This document shows positions 40,301-52,220 of a DNA stretch of 64,000 nucleotides, one piece after another (position 1 is the first letter of the stretch; each line of letters opens with the position of its first letter). The DNA lies in the NCBI GenBank assembly GCA_010909165.1, contig VJWM01000234.1, forward strand, positions 62,001 through 126,000, in the 5' to 3' direction. The DNA comes from Anthoceros angustus. Its lineage: Eukaryota; Plantae; Anthocerotophyta. A model generated the notes under the pieces. The model was not told where the DNA came from and ran no database searches. It saw only the letters and a program-made list of their open reading frames with translations. The translations under genes were made by a program, and so were the position numbers.

Positions 40301-43140
40301 CGAACCTATCTCATGAATCGATTGCCTACATCAGTTCAAGGTATGACTCCATATGAAGCATTCATTGGCAAGAAGCCTTCTATTGACCACCTTGAATTTT
40401 TGGATCCCGCATATGTTTTTATTCCCAAAGCATTGCGTAAGTTGGATCCCAAAGCTAAGTACACTTTCATTGGCTACACCAAGGTATCAAAGGGTACAAA
40501 TTGTTCAACCCTTCTACAAGGCAACTTTTATACGCGAGTGTTACTTTTCATGAGTCTTACCTCTTTTCCCCACGGAGCTGATGATTGGTCCTCCTCTTGA
40601 TGAGACCATTGACCCTTCTTATTTTGATGATACTGATTATTTCACTCCATTTCCCATTCCCGCTTCGTGTTCCTTTAGTTGAACCTATTATGCGGATAGT
40701 TGTCTTCTCTCTTTCATAAGTGATAGAAACTATACAATCTGCAGCACTTTAGATGATGGTCTCTATAGATTGTCGACAAGTGGGAGCCACCCATTCGCTA
40801 ATGTTGCCATTCCAAACCCATGACACCTACCCAAACCATGCTTTGGCATTGTCGCCTTGGTCATCCTAATAGTCAAAAATTAATCCAAATGTCTAAGGGA
40901 GCTTTATATAGAACCCTTGCCTTGCAAAGGTTGAACACCTACCTTGGTGCGAATCTTGTGTCCTCACTAAACGACATCAAGAGCCTTTCAAAATAAATCT
41001 CCACAAAGGGCCAAGTCACCTTTAGAGATAGTGCACATGACATTTGTGGACCCTTGTCTACACCCTCCTTTAGTGGTAGTAGATATTTTTGACCTTCAGA
41101 TGATTTCTCTCGTTTTGTCTTTTCCTACATCCCGAAAAACAAGAGTGATGCCTTTCACTTCTTCAAGGACTACATGAAATGGGTGAGAGACTTACGGATC
41201 ACAAACTCAAGACCTTACGTTCCGACAATGGTGGAGAGTTTACATCTCTGAATTTGAGGATTTTGTCGAAGGTATAGCTCAACAACTTACGATTGTCTAC
41301 ACTCCTCAACAAAATGGCGAGCCGAGAACAAGAATCTACGCCTCAAGAGATCACAGTTGCTTATTGGTACAAGCTAAGTTATCTAAGGCTTATTGGGCGA
41401 GGCCCTCCTACGAACCTATCTCATGAATCGATTGCCTACATCAGTTCAAGGTATGACTCCATATGAAGCATTCATTGGCAAGAAGCCTTCTATTGACCAC
41501 CTTGAATTTTTGGATCCCGCATATGTTTTTATTCCCAAAGCATTGCGTAAGTTGGATCCCAAAGCTAAGTACACTTTCATTGGCTACACCAAGGTATCAA
41601 AGGGTACAAATTGTTCAACCCTTCTACAAGGCAACTTTTATACGCGAGTGTTACTTTTCATGAGTCTTACCTCTTTTCCCCACGGAGCTGATGATTGGTC
41701 CTCCTCTTGATGAGACAATTGACCCTTCTTACTTTGATGATACTAATTATCTCACTCCATTTCCCATTCCTGCTTCTCGTGTTCCTTTCGGTGAACCTAT
41801 AATGCAGGAGGAGGCGGAGTTAGCATCCATTCCACAACCTGGTACAACTCAACCAGATGAACCTGATGTTGACATCCTTGCAGAGGTGCCAATTGACACT
41901 CATGATGATGAGTTTGATGACCCTCTGGAGGATGACATTGTGGAGCTAGCAGATCCTCGTGATCCTCGTGGATGATGCACTGCACAAAGGTACAACCTTA
42001 GATCCCGACCTACTATCTCAGTCCTGCAGTTGGAAGGAACCTCCTTTAGGATACCTAGCTGTTTTGATGATCCTATACCCCTATATCACTTTATTCTCAA
42101 GTCGCATAGGCAACTATAGACCCGGAAGAACCTCTTACCTTAAAACAAGCTTTCTCTTCTCCCGAAAAGACTTATGGAAGGTAGTCAGATTCTGAATATA
42201 ATTCCCTAGTTAATAACTCTACATGGGAATTGGTCAAGCCACCTAGGGGTAGGAAGATAGTAACCAGCAAATGGGTATTCAAAATTAAAAGAAAAGGAGA
42301 TGGTTCTATAGAAAGGTATAAAGCACGTCTAGTAGCCAGAGGCTTTACACAAATTCTGGTCTAGATTACATACCTTGGGCCACTTATGCCCCGAGCCAAA
42401 TTTGCCACACTTGAATGATATTTGCCTTATGTGCCCAACATGATCTTGAACTCCACATGATGGATGTTAAGACAAGACTGGCTACCGCAAGAGGAAATAT
42501 ACATGAGACAACCCGAGGGTTAAGTCAAAGGCAAAGAAGATTGGGTATGCCGACTCATCAAAGGTTTGTATGGCCTTAAGCAATCAGCAAGAATTGGAAT
42601 TTAACCATACATGTACAACTTATTGGGAGAGGATTTAAGCAAAGCCGGTGATGCTTGTATGTACATCCTAATATCCGCAATGATATATTTTATCTTCTAC
42701 TTTATGTTGATGATGTTTTTATGGCAACAAACTCCCTTACTCTCCTAGCTGAAACTAAAGCATGGCTTAAGACTCTATTTGAGATGTCCGATCTAGGAGA
42801 AATGACATATGCACTTGGTGTTAATATTATACGAAATAGAGGTAATAAGACTCTAAGTATAGTTCAAACCAAGTATATTAAGGAGAGTTTAGCTAAGTTT
42901 GGACTTGAGGATGCAAAGCCTGCACCCACATCTTTTGCAAGTGTTAGGCTTACCTCAGATATGAGTCCCAAAACAGCTGAAGAAAAGCTAGAAATGTCAG
43001 TAGTTCTATACCGACATGCTGTTGGCACCCTAATATATTTATGTAATTTTACGAGACCAGATATCTTTTGAAGTCAGTACCTGCTCACAATTCTTGGAGA
43101 ACCCTGGACGTGAGCATTGGATGTCTGTTAAGCGTATTAG
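37318..43140 (+). mobile_element. Ty1/copia element copia-B1: 5' LTR + gag-pol, truncated before RNase H
   Basis: LTR 37318-37536; PBS tggtatcagagc 37537-37548; gag LRQRDLWGIVDG; integrase SDNGGEF; RT YKARLVARGF and LLLYVDD. Near-identical to 52221-56890. Confidence 0.93.
39583..41805 (+). repeat. 1112-bp tandem duplication of integrase region
   Basis: 39583-40694 repeats from 40695; ORFs 40283..40600 and 41393..41710 are identical. Confidence 0.92.
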
Positions 43141-43159
43141 GCCATATTGTTTTATTTTT

Positions 43160-44309
43160 TCACAAACTTAATTCTTCCTCTTCTATCTCAAAGAAGCAAA
43201 TATTGTCTTTTCCTTGCTCCTCGTAGACGATCCATAAACATCCTGATTTATATTAGAATAATAATTAATACATGATTTTTGCATGCATTAAATCAACCAT
43301 ATATGTTTTTCCCTAACACCAATCACACTTACGGAAAACATGAGTAGTGTGCCCTGGAAAATCCAAACTATAGGCACACTTGGTTTTGATCATATGGATT
43401 CCCGTCACTTCACAAACATATGAGTACGGGACATCCACCTTGCTAGGACCTCCTTTGGTCAATACAACTACAGCTTTATCATAATCACCCAGGGGGAGAT
43501 ATTCAGATTCAAGGCCTATACTCTTCACTTCATTAGGTTGATTAGGATAGTTGTAGACTTCTGCACCCAAGGTACACATGGATCACCAGCAAGGTTTGAA
43601 CAATAAGCTACAAATTGAAAAGGAAACAAAACTAGAAACTAGAAATTAGAAACCATCATATACCTTTTTCATTCTCATTTTGCTTTTCCTTTCCTTTTTC
43701 CTTCAGTTTCTCCTTTCCCTCCTTATTCCCCCTTTTCTTCTCTCCTGCTTCCTCCACAGCACCCGCACCTGTACAGGCAACCAAAGCGAGGGGATGGTCA
43801 GACAGTTCAAAGTTGGCCATCCCCCTCACCAAAGATAACCTCCACGTACCATGGCGGAGGAAGGGGTGTGAGGCCGAGGGCGCGCTGGGAAGGCGCGAAC
43901 CCCTGTAAGGCGGCCAGCATAGGGAGGCCCCATGCCTCTTGCAATGTAGGCATCCCTTTTCTTCCTAGACCTTTCTTCACAAATTGGGAGTTCTAGGGGC
44001 CCTCCCTCCTAACAATTTCTGCAGCACAGAGGACACACGACACACAGGAGCAACACCACAACGTTAGATCATACCAGGAGCAAGAGATTGGAGATCATCG
44101 TCAAGTTCGAAGTTTTCGTAGCCTTCTTCTTCCGAGGACTCCAAGATGATATAGGTCTTCTCCTTGACAGATTTCTAGCTTTTGAGAGCTGATGCGTGTT
44201 TAGGAGATAGTGTGGAGAAAGCCTGCTGAGTTTTTGACAGAGATTGGGCAGGAAAAGCGGAAGATTTTGGAGAAAGATGCCCACAAAACCTTCCATGGGC
44301 ATCCCTCTC
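43160..44309 (-). CDS. Spliced antisense accessory gene of copia-B lineage, copy 1 (unknown function; 5' end missing, a few indels)
   Basis: GT-AG introns 44074-44019, 43849-43769, 43663-43608 and 43332-43243. Exons encode YIILESSEEE, a K/E-rich KEKGKEK stretch, SEYLPLGD..CEVTGIHMIK..FPGHTTHVF-R-CLWIVYEEQG..FFEIEEEELSL*. Homologous to 57484-58660. Confidence 0.72.
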
Positions 44310-44330
44310 CTACAGGGAGGCCCTCACTGA

Positions 44331-45090
44331 TTGAGAGGAGGGCGTGGGGCGCATGTCGGCGTGCGGGGCGGGCCAACGCTTCGTCTTTGCCCGCGCGTCA
44401 CGCGTCACCGCTTCCGGACTTGGACCTTGGAGGAGGCAGAGGAGTTGGTGCAAGACTGGCACCTGGACATCTTCCAGGCGGTATGGACATTTGATAGCAT
44501 AGCGCTAGTTCGGGAATACGCTCGGAAGATGTTGGCGGCGGCCAACAAAACCGTCCGCTCCAAGAGTCTGAGGGAGGACCCAAGGAGATGGACCGTGGAG
44601 GTCCTGCGGGCGGTTTACGATTGGCCGGTGGAAGAGATTGGCGGCGTGGTCCCGGAACCCCTTAAGGTGAAAGGGAGGGTGGAAGCAGCCAAGGCGACGC
44701 TTTTGAGGCCGGGGACGTAGCGGTCCTCGAATGGGTGGCTGATGTCGGACCTATTGGACCGACGGGTGAGAGCGGTGGCGAAAGTCATCGTGCAATGGAA
44801 CATGCTCACCAAGGTGGACCACCTTGGTGCTAATTTGCTTGTGTTCCTCCACGCCCTGCAGCGGGGAAAGAGAGCGGACTGGGGAAGGATCATCTTCGCC
44901 CGGATCAACCAGAGGCGGGAAGGCTGCGGCGAACCCCGCCCCGTCGGTTGTCGCCGTTTATTGTCCACGTCTGGGGACACCTCAACCTCCTGAAGGAGGG
45001 AGAAGAAGAGTGAGCGCTCAGGAAAGGGTTGGTAACCCTGCCTGAGTCAGAGCGAGAGGCGCGGGCCCAGGAACCAGAAGGACGGCCACT
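44331..45090 (+). pseudogene. Accessory ORF type B fragment
   Basis: WHLDIFQAVWTFDSIALVREYARKML..LREDPRRWTVEV; GKRADWGRIIF. Confidence 0.75.
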
Positions 45091-45494
45091 TAAGCCCAGG
45101 CGGACCCAATCGCTGTCGGGCTGTTTCGGCCAAGTCCTTGGCCCTCTCCGCCTGCCTGCGCGCTTCCTCCGCCTACTCTTGGGCCGCTCCTCTCCTCCTG
45201 CAAAGGTTCTCTGCCTTTGCTTGTGCCTCCTGTGCGTGCTTCAGCTGTTCACATAGCTGAAGCACCCTGGCCCTGTCCTGGAACAAAGGAGGTTCCAAGA
45301 GGAGGAGCACCACAAGAAGGTGGTGCACAGGATGCTGGTAGTGAGAAAGCAAAGGTTTTGGGCAGATTATGCCCTTCAGGCGAAATTGGCCAGCCAGCTG
45401 AAGGAAGCAAGGGAGGAGAATGTAACCCTCCATGTGAAGGTGGGAGAATTGACCACCGCGAGAGACGCCTACAAGGGTAGGTGTGAGGATGGAG

Positions 45495-48400
45495 ATGTAG
45501 GTAAGGTGGAAGGTGAGACCTCCAATCATAGTTGGCACGTTTCTCAACACTCCCAGCGGCTTCCTCCTTGTTTGGTCGGCCATTCGCAGAAATACTCGGG
45601 CCGGGTGAAACTTGGTGAGTCCAAGCTGATGAGCTGTCTCCTCCGTCATCAAGTTGACTCCCGATCCCGAATCCAATGGCACATTGGGCACCAAGCAACC
45701 TGCAATTTCAACTTCAATCTGGTGCCCCCAAATCAACGAGCTCGACCACATTTACCTCCACTGGCCGCCTTCTCGTTCCCACAGCCTCAGGGATTCCCCT
45801 GATCGCTTCCTTTACAATCTTGCGGGATCTCGGACTCACCGCAAGCAATTGTCTCAAGCTGACCACAAATTCTCAATGCGTCAACGAAACTGGAGATCTT
45901 ATCTGACAAGGTTTCCTCCCCTTTTGCAGCCCTGACGCTAGTCGATTCTGACCTTATTGGTAAACTCCCCGAATCCATGGTCCCTCCTATCGAGTGGGAC
46001 TCCATACCCGGCGGATCAACAACCTCCGGTTCCGCCACCTGCTTCTTCGTATGCTGGGCGAGCCTTTTTAACTCGTCCTCCAGCATTTCCGCCACTTCGC
46101 GGCTGATGTCGGGAGGAAACGCCATTCCTCCGCCTACTCTTGGGCGCTCCTCTCCTCCACGCTTCACCCTACCGCATGGTTTACCATCACCGTGAGGTGC
46201 TGACTACCGTGGTAGTCTCGCTACCCTTGGTAGGGTGGTCCGATCCTCCGCCTCCTGCCTGCCGCCTCCGGAGGCCAAGGCGAGTCATCTCTCACCTTCC
46301 TCCTCTTCCTCTCCTCCTGTTCGCGCCGTTTCTCCGACTTCCGGCCCCTTCTCCCGATGTTTCGACCTGGTGGTTACCTTGGCCACCAATAATCCTTCAT
46401 CTGCGCTCATTTCTCCTTCGTACCCTTCTTCCACGATCCCTGATGTCACACTGGATTCATCGAGAAGTTCGAACTCTGCTTCCACCTTCAGCACAGGCGT
46501 CATAGTCACGGTGATCGCGGTTTTGGGGTTGGTTCATTCCTCCGCGCAGCTCGTGAACGACCCCTTTTGTTGGTGTCACTCGCCCGAACCATGGATCCCC
46601 TTGTGCCCCAATTCTTTGCATACCTGGCAAAAGGGCATAACCCACTTGCTTCCGTGGCTCTGGGCAATCATTCGAGTAGTGACCCGGTGCCCCACAATTG
46701 TAGCAGCAGCCCTGTGGAATCGCCATCGGCCTTTGCGATGATTCTGGCCTCCACGGCCCTGGTGATGTCGGCCGCGATCCATACCTTGAGGGAACTGGTG
46801 GAGCAGGTTGGTAAGTCGCCCTCATCGATTGAGGTGGCCGACTGCCAGTGACTGCTTGCACCTGATAGGCCTCATCTACATACCAATAGTCCCCAGGCAT
46901 GACGGATTCCACGTGATTCACAGCACGCCATGGTGCGCGAATACATTCCCTGTTGGTGTGTCCCGTTTGATGACAAATTGAGCAGTACACCAACTGCCTT
47001 GCAGGTGAGGGAGACCTTCGTGGAGCTTGATTTTTCACCGCCTTGACCTCCAACTCGGTCAATCTTTTCGTCAAAGCCTCCACTTGTCCGCAATCCTCCT
47101 CCTGGATGTTTCTCCCTTCTCCATCCGACCGTCTTCCCTTTTCTCTCCTTCTCCAATGCGCGTTCAGCCTCTTCTTGTCTTTTCTTGACCTTCTCCAAGT
47201 CCTTCCTCATTCGTCGCTCGTAGGCTTTCTCGGATTCTTCGTCTGATGTGGAGCTTTCTTGAGTTCCACTGTCCTCACTTTCCGACGAGGATGGATGGTG
47301 ACAAACTAGAGGAGGCAGAGGAAGATGAGGAGCTCGATCGTCTAGATCCCTTCCTCTTCTTGTGACTCCATCTCTTCTTCCTCCTTCTCCCAAGCTTGGC
47401 AGACTCCCATTCCTCTGCCAGACGGATGGCTCCAGCTAATGTCTTAGTCCCGCGTCTGCAGTGCACTTCCATTTTCCGGGATAATCCACTCACAAACCAA
47501 TCCAACGCTTGCTCCTATGAATACCTAGAGGTGGGTGGATCCCCCTGCCTCTCAGGTGCACACTTTGGAACTCGATCTAGGTATCCATAGAACCTCTCCA
47601 CATAATCGAACAAAGACTCCCTCTTCTTCCTACAGAGGGTTCTCAGCTTTGCCAGGGTGTGCATAACTGAGCCCTCAGAAATGATTCAAGAAAGCTGCCT
47701 TGAGAGACTCCCAATCCGTTGGTGCAACCGTATTGTAAGTTCGACCATACCATTGTTGTGCGTGCCCTCTCAGCAGTCCAGGAAAAATGCGCAGGCGATC
47801 GGCGACCCCATCCTCCAAATTGGCATGGGAGGCGTGCTCGAAAGTCCGCACGAATGCCTCCGCGTCATCGCCCTTCTTCTTCTCGCCGAATTTGACATCT
47901 GTTGCGGTATGGGTATGCCTCCTCCTCCAGCTCCACTCATGTTGCTTGACCCGACTGCTCCTGCCACTTCTTCTTCCCTCGGTAAACCCAAAAATTGATC
48001 GAGGCCTTTGGGTGCTGAAGTTTTGGACTATCGGAGGAGTAGCGACCTCCTCCGACGTCCGTCCCAAAATCGTGAGCTGAGCAGCGATGCAATCGAGGCG
48101 TTTGGCTAGGTCCTCAGACCAAGCTTGGAACTCCCCACTATTGACGCTCTTCGCCACCGCTGGCCTCACTCTGGGTGGACTCACGCCGAAGGCCTGCCAC
48201 AGAAGGCCCTGCGCCAGTCGTGAAGTGCAAACCATGCTCAGGGGAGGGTGCCTCCTCCTCGTCCTCGGACACCAACTCTTCCTCCACAACCTCCTTCCTC
48301 TTCTTCCTCCTTCTCCAAGTCCTTCCTCTTCTTCCCTCGGATCCGTCCTCTCGTTGCTCACCGTTCTCTTCTTTACAAGCCTGAGCAAAGATAGCCTCCT

Positions 48401-48813
48401 CCTCGAGTGCCCGTAACTTGTTCTCTTCCTGCTGTCGACGGGTGGCGGCAGCAGCGGTCTCTTCTCTCAGTCGATTTCTTCGTGCAGCTCTCAAATCTCT
48501 TGCAGTGATGGGCGGGGGTGATCTTCTATGATCTTCTCCTCGAGTCTTCCCCCTACTAGACATCTGCAAGCATCCTCATGATCTCTAACACACAGTCGTT
48601 AAGAAGAAAGCAACTCACACCCCTTAGTGTATGTAATTTCTTATCCGCACACACTCATGACGTTTAGAGGGCGTGATGCTCCTTCTTTACAACATATGGT
48701 CACTAGATCTCCTTCTCAGGTCTCTCCCGAACCACAAGCATTCCGCATCCTAGCGATGGAAACCACAAGACTTCAATCTTTCAGCAACAAATCCCCGGCA
48801 ACGGCGCCAAAAA
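45495..48813 (-). mobile_element. Ty3/gypsy 5' internal region (leader, gag with 3 zinc knuckles, protease); RT-RH-INT absent
   Basis: Gag 47675..48388 (DAEAFVRTFE..AQQWY..WESLKAAFL); CSICHQTGH, CYNCGAPGH and CQVCKELGH; protease LDSGSGVNLM. Homologous to 4435-6660. Confidence 0.88.
48792..48809 (-). promoter_or_regulatory. Primer binding site, tRNA-Asp
   Basis: Minus strand TGGCGCCGTTGCCGGGGA, 4 nt after LTR end ..CCCACA; complementary to the plant tRNA-Asp 3' end, as in Athila elements. Confidence 0.9.
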
Positions 48814-50470
48814 TGTGGGAGGGAAAACCCCGGGGCTTCCAAGGCTTCCCCCTCTAGTGGCCACACTTATCCTAATCGCTGCTTTGTATTGGGTTTCGTC
48901 CCATGAGACTTGTGTGAAAGATCGTGGTCTTGGGGAAACAATCGCCACCGCGGACACAATACCTCACCCTCCTAAACAAGCAAGGCGCCCTCTACTCTCC
49001 CTCAATCGCACCACTTGCACCGCCCAAAAATCACCAATCCGACCTACAACGACACAACACAATTGCGTGTGTCTTGACTTAAGAGCAAGAGCCCACGCGC
49101 CAGGACCCCGATCCACACCGCAATTTGTCCCTACTTAAGACCAATCTTCCACTGGGAGCGCTCTACTTGCAGGGATTCGGCCCCTTAGGCTCACTGTGGC
49201 CTTCCCCTATGTCCTACACTCTAATCCCGTCTCATCTCCTCATCCCGCCCTATTCTAAGCCTCGGCTACTGGCCTCGGCTCGCCTTACGCAGGCACAATG
49301 TCTGGGTCCACACACTAGCAAGTTCTTCCTTGGGCCGGTTGCTATGAGTTTGACACTATACAGCGAGAACCTCCAGGGAGTCTTTCCCTATAGTCTACCC
49401 TCAAGCCGAGAGTTCCCTAGGCATTGCCACACACCCAAAGCAAAGCAATTTCACAGCAACCATTCACAAGGGAAGCAACTCGTTGAGGCGCTTGCAGGGA
49501 GCAAGCCCTCCACCAAGCACTCCGACTACCGCGAGTTCCTCTCTACCAGACGCTGCGTTGGCTCATAGCCGGCACGAAATTCCTTTACAAGGGCAAAGGA
49601 CTCGCGAGTATGGAAGCGTAAGACGTGATACTTTACTTTGTGAAATCTTCCTCCTCTTATAGGAGGCCTTCCACATACAACCTCCCTTGGGTGATCCTGC
49701 TGCAGGCCACCTTTCCCAATATTTTATTATTTTCTACCGCTAGCATTTAAGTCCTGGCATCTAAGTCTACTGTATGATCCTAGGTAAATTCTATTCTAGC
49801 AACTTCACCTAAGATCATTCTTAAAGAATGTCAGTCTACATCACCTATCCTTCCTATTCTTCCACTCATCATTTATGGTCTTTGACCATACCTAGTCCTC
49901 ATCTCATTGGGTAGTGACGTCCGCTGTGGATTGGCCTCGCCTCCTTTTTGCACTTGCCCCCCGGATCCGCTGCCTTCCTAGTTTGTGGGGCAAGTACCAC
50001 TTGCCCTTCCCCGCCTCCGCAGGCGCCTGTGATTCCTCTTGTCATGCGGCACCGCGCCTCGGGCCGCCAGCGCTTCTTCCACCTCCGCCGCCGCGCTCCT
50101 TCTACCGACCATCTGTAGTCAGCGAATACCGGGGTAGGGACTACCCATATGGTAGTCTCGGTCCCTCTCCTTCCTTCCTTCCTCCTCGGTGATGGTCGGG
50201 GTTGAGATCCTTTTTGCTCCTTTCCGCGTTGATTTGTCCATAACTATCATGGAGCATGTTCAAAGGATCCTTTCCCTCCCGCAATGTTGTCACTAACTCG
50301 GCCCTTTGCATTGGTCTCTCCCTGGCCCTGCCTCTCTTATCCGTGTGGTAGGGAATTTCTCACCTCCCCTTCCTGGTCGGACCCATCTCGACCTCCTCGG
50401 TGGGGGGCTGTCTCCTCCACCGCCTTGTCTCCTCCTCCGGGGCAGCCGCCAAACCTCATATGGACCATGG
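48814..50470 (-). mobile_element. 5' giant LTR, 3' portion
   Basis: Terminus matches 24989; 49334-50470 is colinear with 1-1050. Confidence 0.85.
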
Positions 50471-52220
50471 ACTCTTCCCTTTGGTAATGAGCTAGTTTTT
50501 GTTTTTTCGAGGTGTGGAGTGGAAAATAAGGCGAAAGGGTGAAATATGGTCATACTCCGGACTACACCCCGGGAGTGAGACCGGACCCCTCTGAGTAGCT
50601 GGGCTGCCTCCGAGGATAAGACCACACCGAGTACGCGCGCTAAGTCGGACTACACTCCTAAGTCGCCGCCAAGGAAAGTAATCTTGGAGCGGAAGCTTAT
50701 TTTTGGAGGGGCCACGTGGATCGGCCGAGGTGGATAGGCATGTAGGACGCCGAGGGGTTGCCGTCATTGTGTATTCACGCCCCAGTGGCTGTGGCGTCAG
50801 AAGGCTAGAGTGGCTGTTGGCGGTACCAACAGGCTAGAGTCACGCTGCCTTTGTAAGGCTAGAGGTTATGCAGCCTCCTCGATACACGGCAGGCAAGAGT
50901 CAGCCCTCACCTATTTTGCCGGCCCGGGCGAAGGTCATTCTTCAAGCGACCTTGCGACGGTGAGCCTCTCGGCCAGACACCCGGCCTTCTGTTGTCTCAA
51001 GCGCAGCACTTTGAGCGACTCCTCCGTGGCTGGAGTGGCCTCACGTGACTGAAGGCTGTAGGATTGTTGAGCCTCGACTACAGTGAACAAAAGGACGGCA
51101 ATGGGGCCTAAGAAGGCGGCGTGTAGCCCCGGGCGCCCGTGGAACGGAACATTGTCACTAAGCGCTACCTAGACTTCGGACCTTGGTTGGGAGGCGAGGG
51201 TGGAAGACTGCACTGGATATTTTCAGGCGTTTGGACCTCAGCCTCCCTAGTCCAGAATATGCCGAAGATGTTGGCGGCGGCCAACAAGGAGTCGCTCAAG
51301 AACCTCGGGGAGGACCCCGGGAGGTGGCCGTGGAGGTCCTGAGGCGTCTACAACCGTCACAGGAAGGAGGAGTGGTTCCGGAGCCCACGGTGAAAGGGAA
51401 GGTGGGCCTTGGCGGCGGCCCTCAGAGACCGCATGCGATCCTCCAGCGGATGGCGTGCCGGACCTCCTAGGCAGGTCGCTGGCGAAGATCATCGTCCACA
51501 TGCTCACCAGTGGACCACCTTGGTGACAACTTGCTGAGTGTTCCTCCGCCTGGGAGAAGCGGGCCGATTGGGGAAGAATCATCTTGGTCAGCAGGCGAAG
51601 TTGAGGTGAAGCCACCCGTCGGCGTTATCCTTTATTATCCATGTGGGCACATGAACCTCACGGGAAGAAGAAGAAGCGGCTAGGGGTGCGACCACACGCG
51701 TGAAGGAAGAACGTGGGAGGCGGAGGCCGTCCGGCGGCCTCGGGGAGGAGGGCTTGAGGGATCGGACTCCACCACGTTTGGAAACGGACCCCTCGCCACC
51801 CGTGTGGAAGACATTCCTTCCCTTCTTAGTCCCTTCACGCACCCGGAGGAGGCCCTGAGGAAGGGGCTCGATCAGCCGCACCAGCAGCCTTGCCCAGTTG
51901 CTGAACCTCTGGACTATCGGAAGGAGGCAAAGATGGCCCCCTGGATGCCCGGTGCCTCTTGCCCGCCAGTGGCAGCAAGGCCGTGAGGAGAGCAGAGGAT
52001 CTTGCTGGCGGAGGCCTCCCCCCCTAAGCCGTCTGTCCCCAATAGGGAGAGGCAAGAGAGCTCCGGACCCCTCACCACCTCAGCCCCAAGCGAAGGAGGC
52101 GGAGAAGGAGCCAGCGCCAAAAGGCCAAGGAGGTGGTGGTCCGGCTCAAACACTGTGGACCGAGGGTCCCGATTAGGTCCGAGACAAATGGGACTCCTGA
52201 TAAGATGGCGGTCCTTAACG

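Noticed and set aside
43313-43332. C-terminal CxxC zinc finger (RKCDWC / RRCLWC) of the unspliced antisense ORF
   Set aside because: These codons start at a consensus splice donor, and a conserved in-frame exon follows, so they are probably intronic. An unspliced isoform cannot be excluded.
48792-48809. tRNA-Asp gene
   Set aside because: Only 18 nt of the 3' end including CCA, next to an LTR: a PBS.
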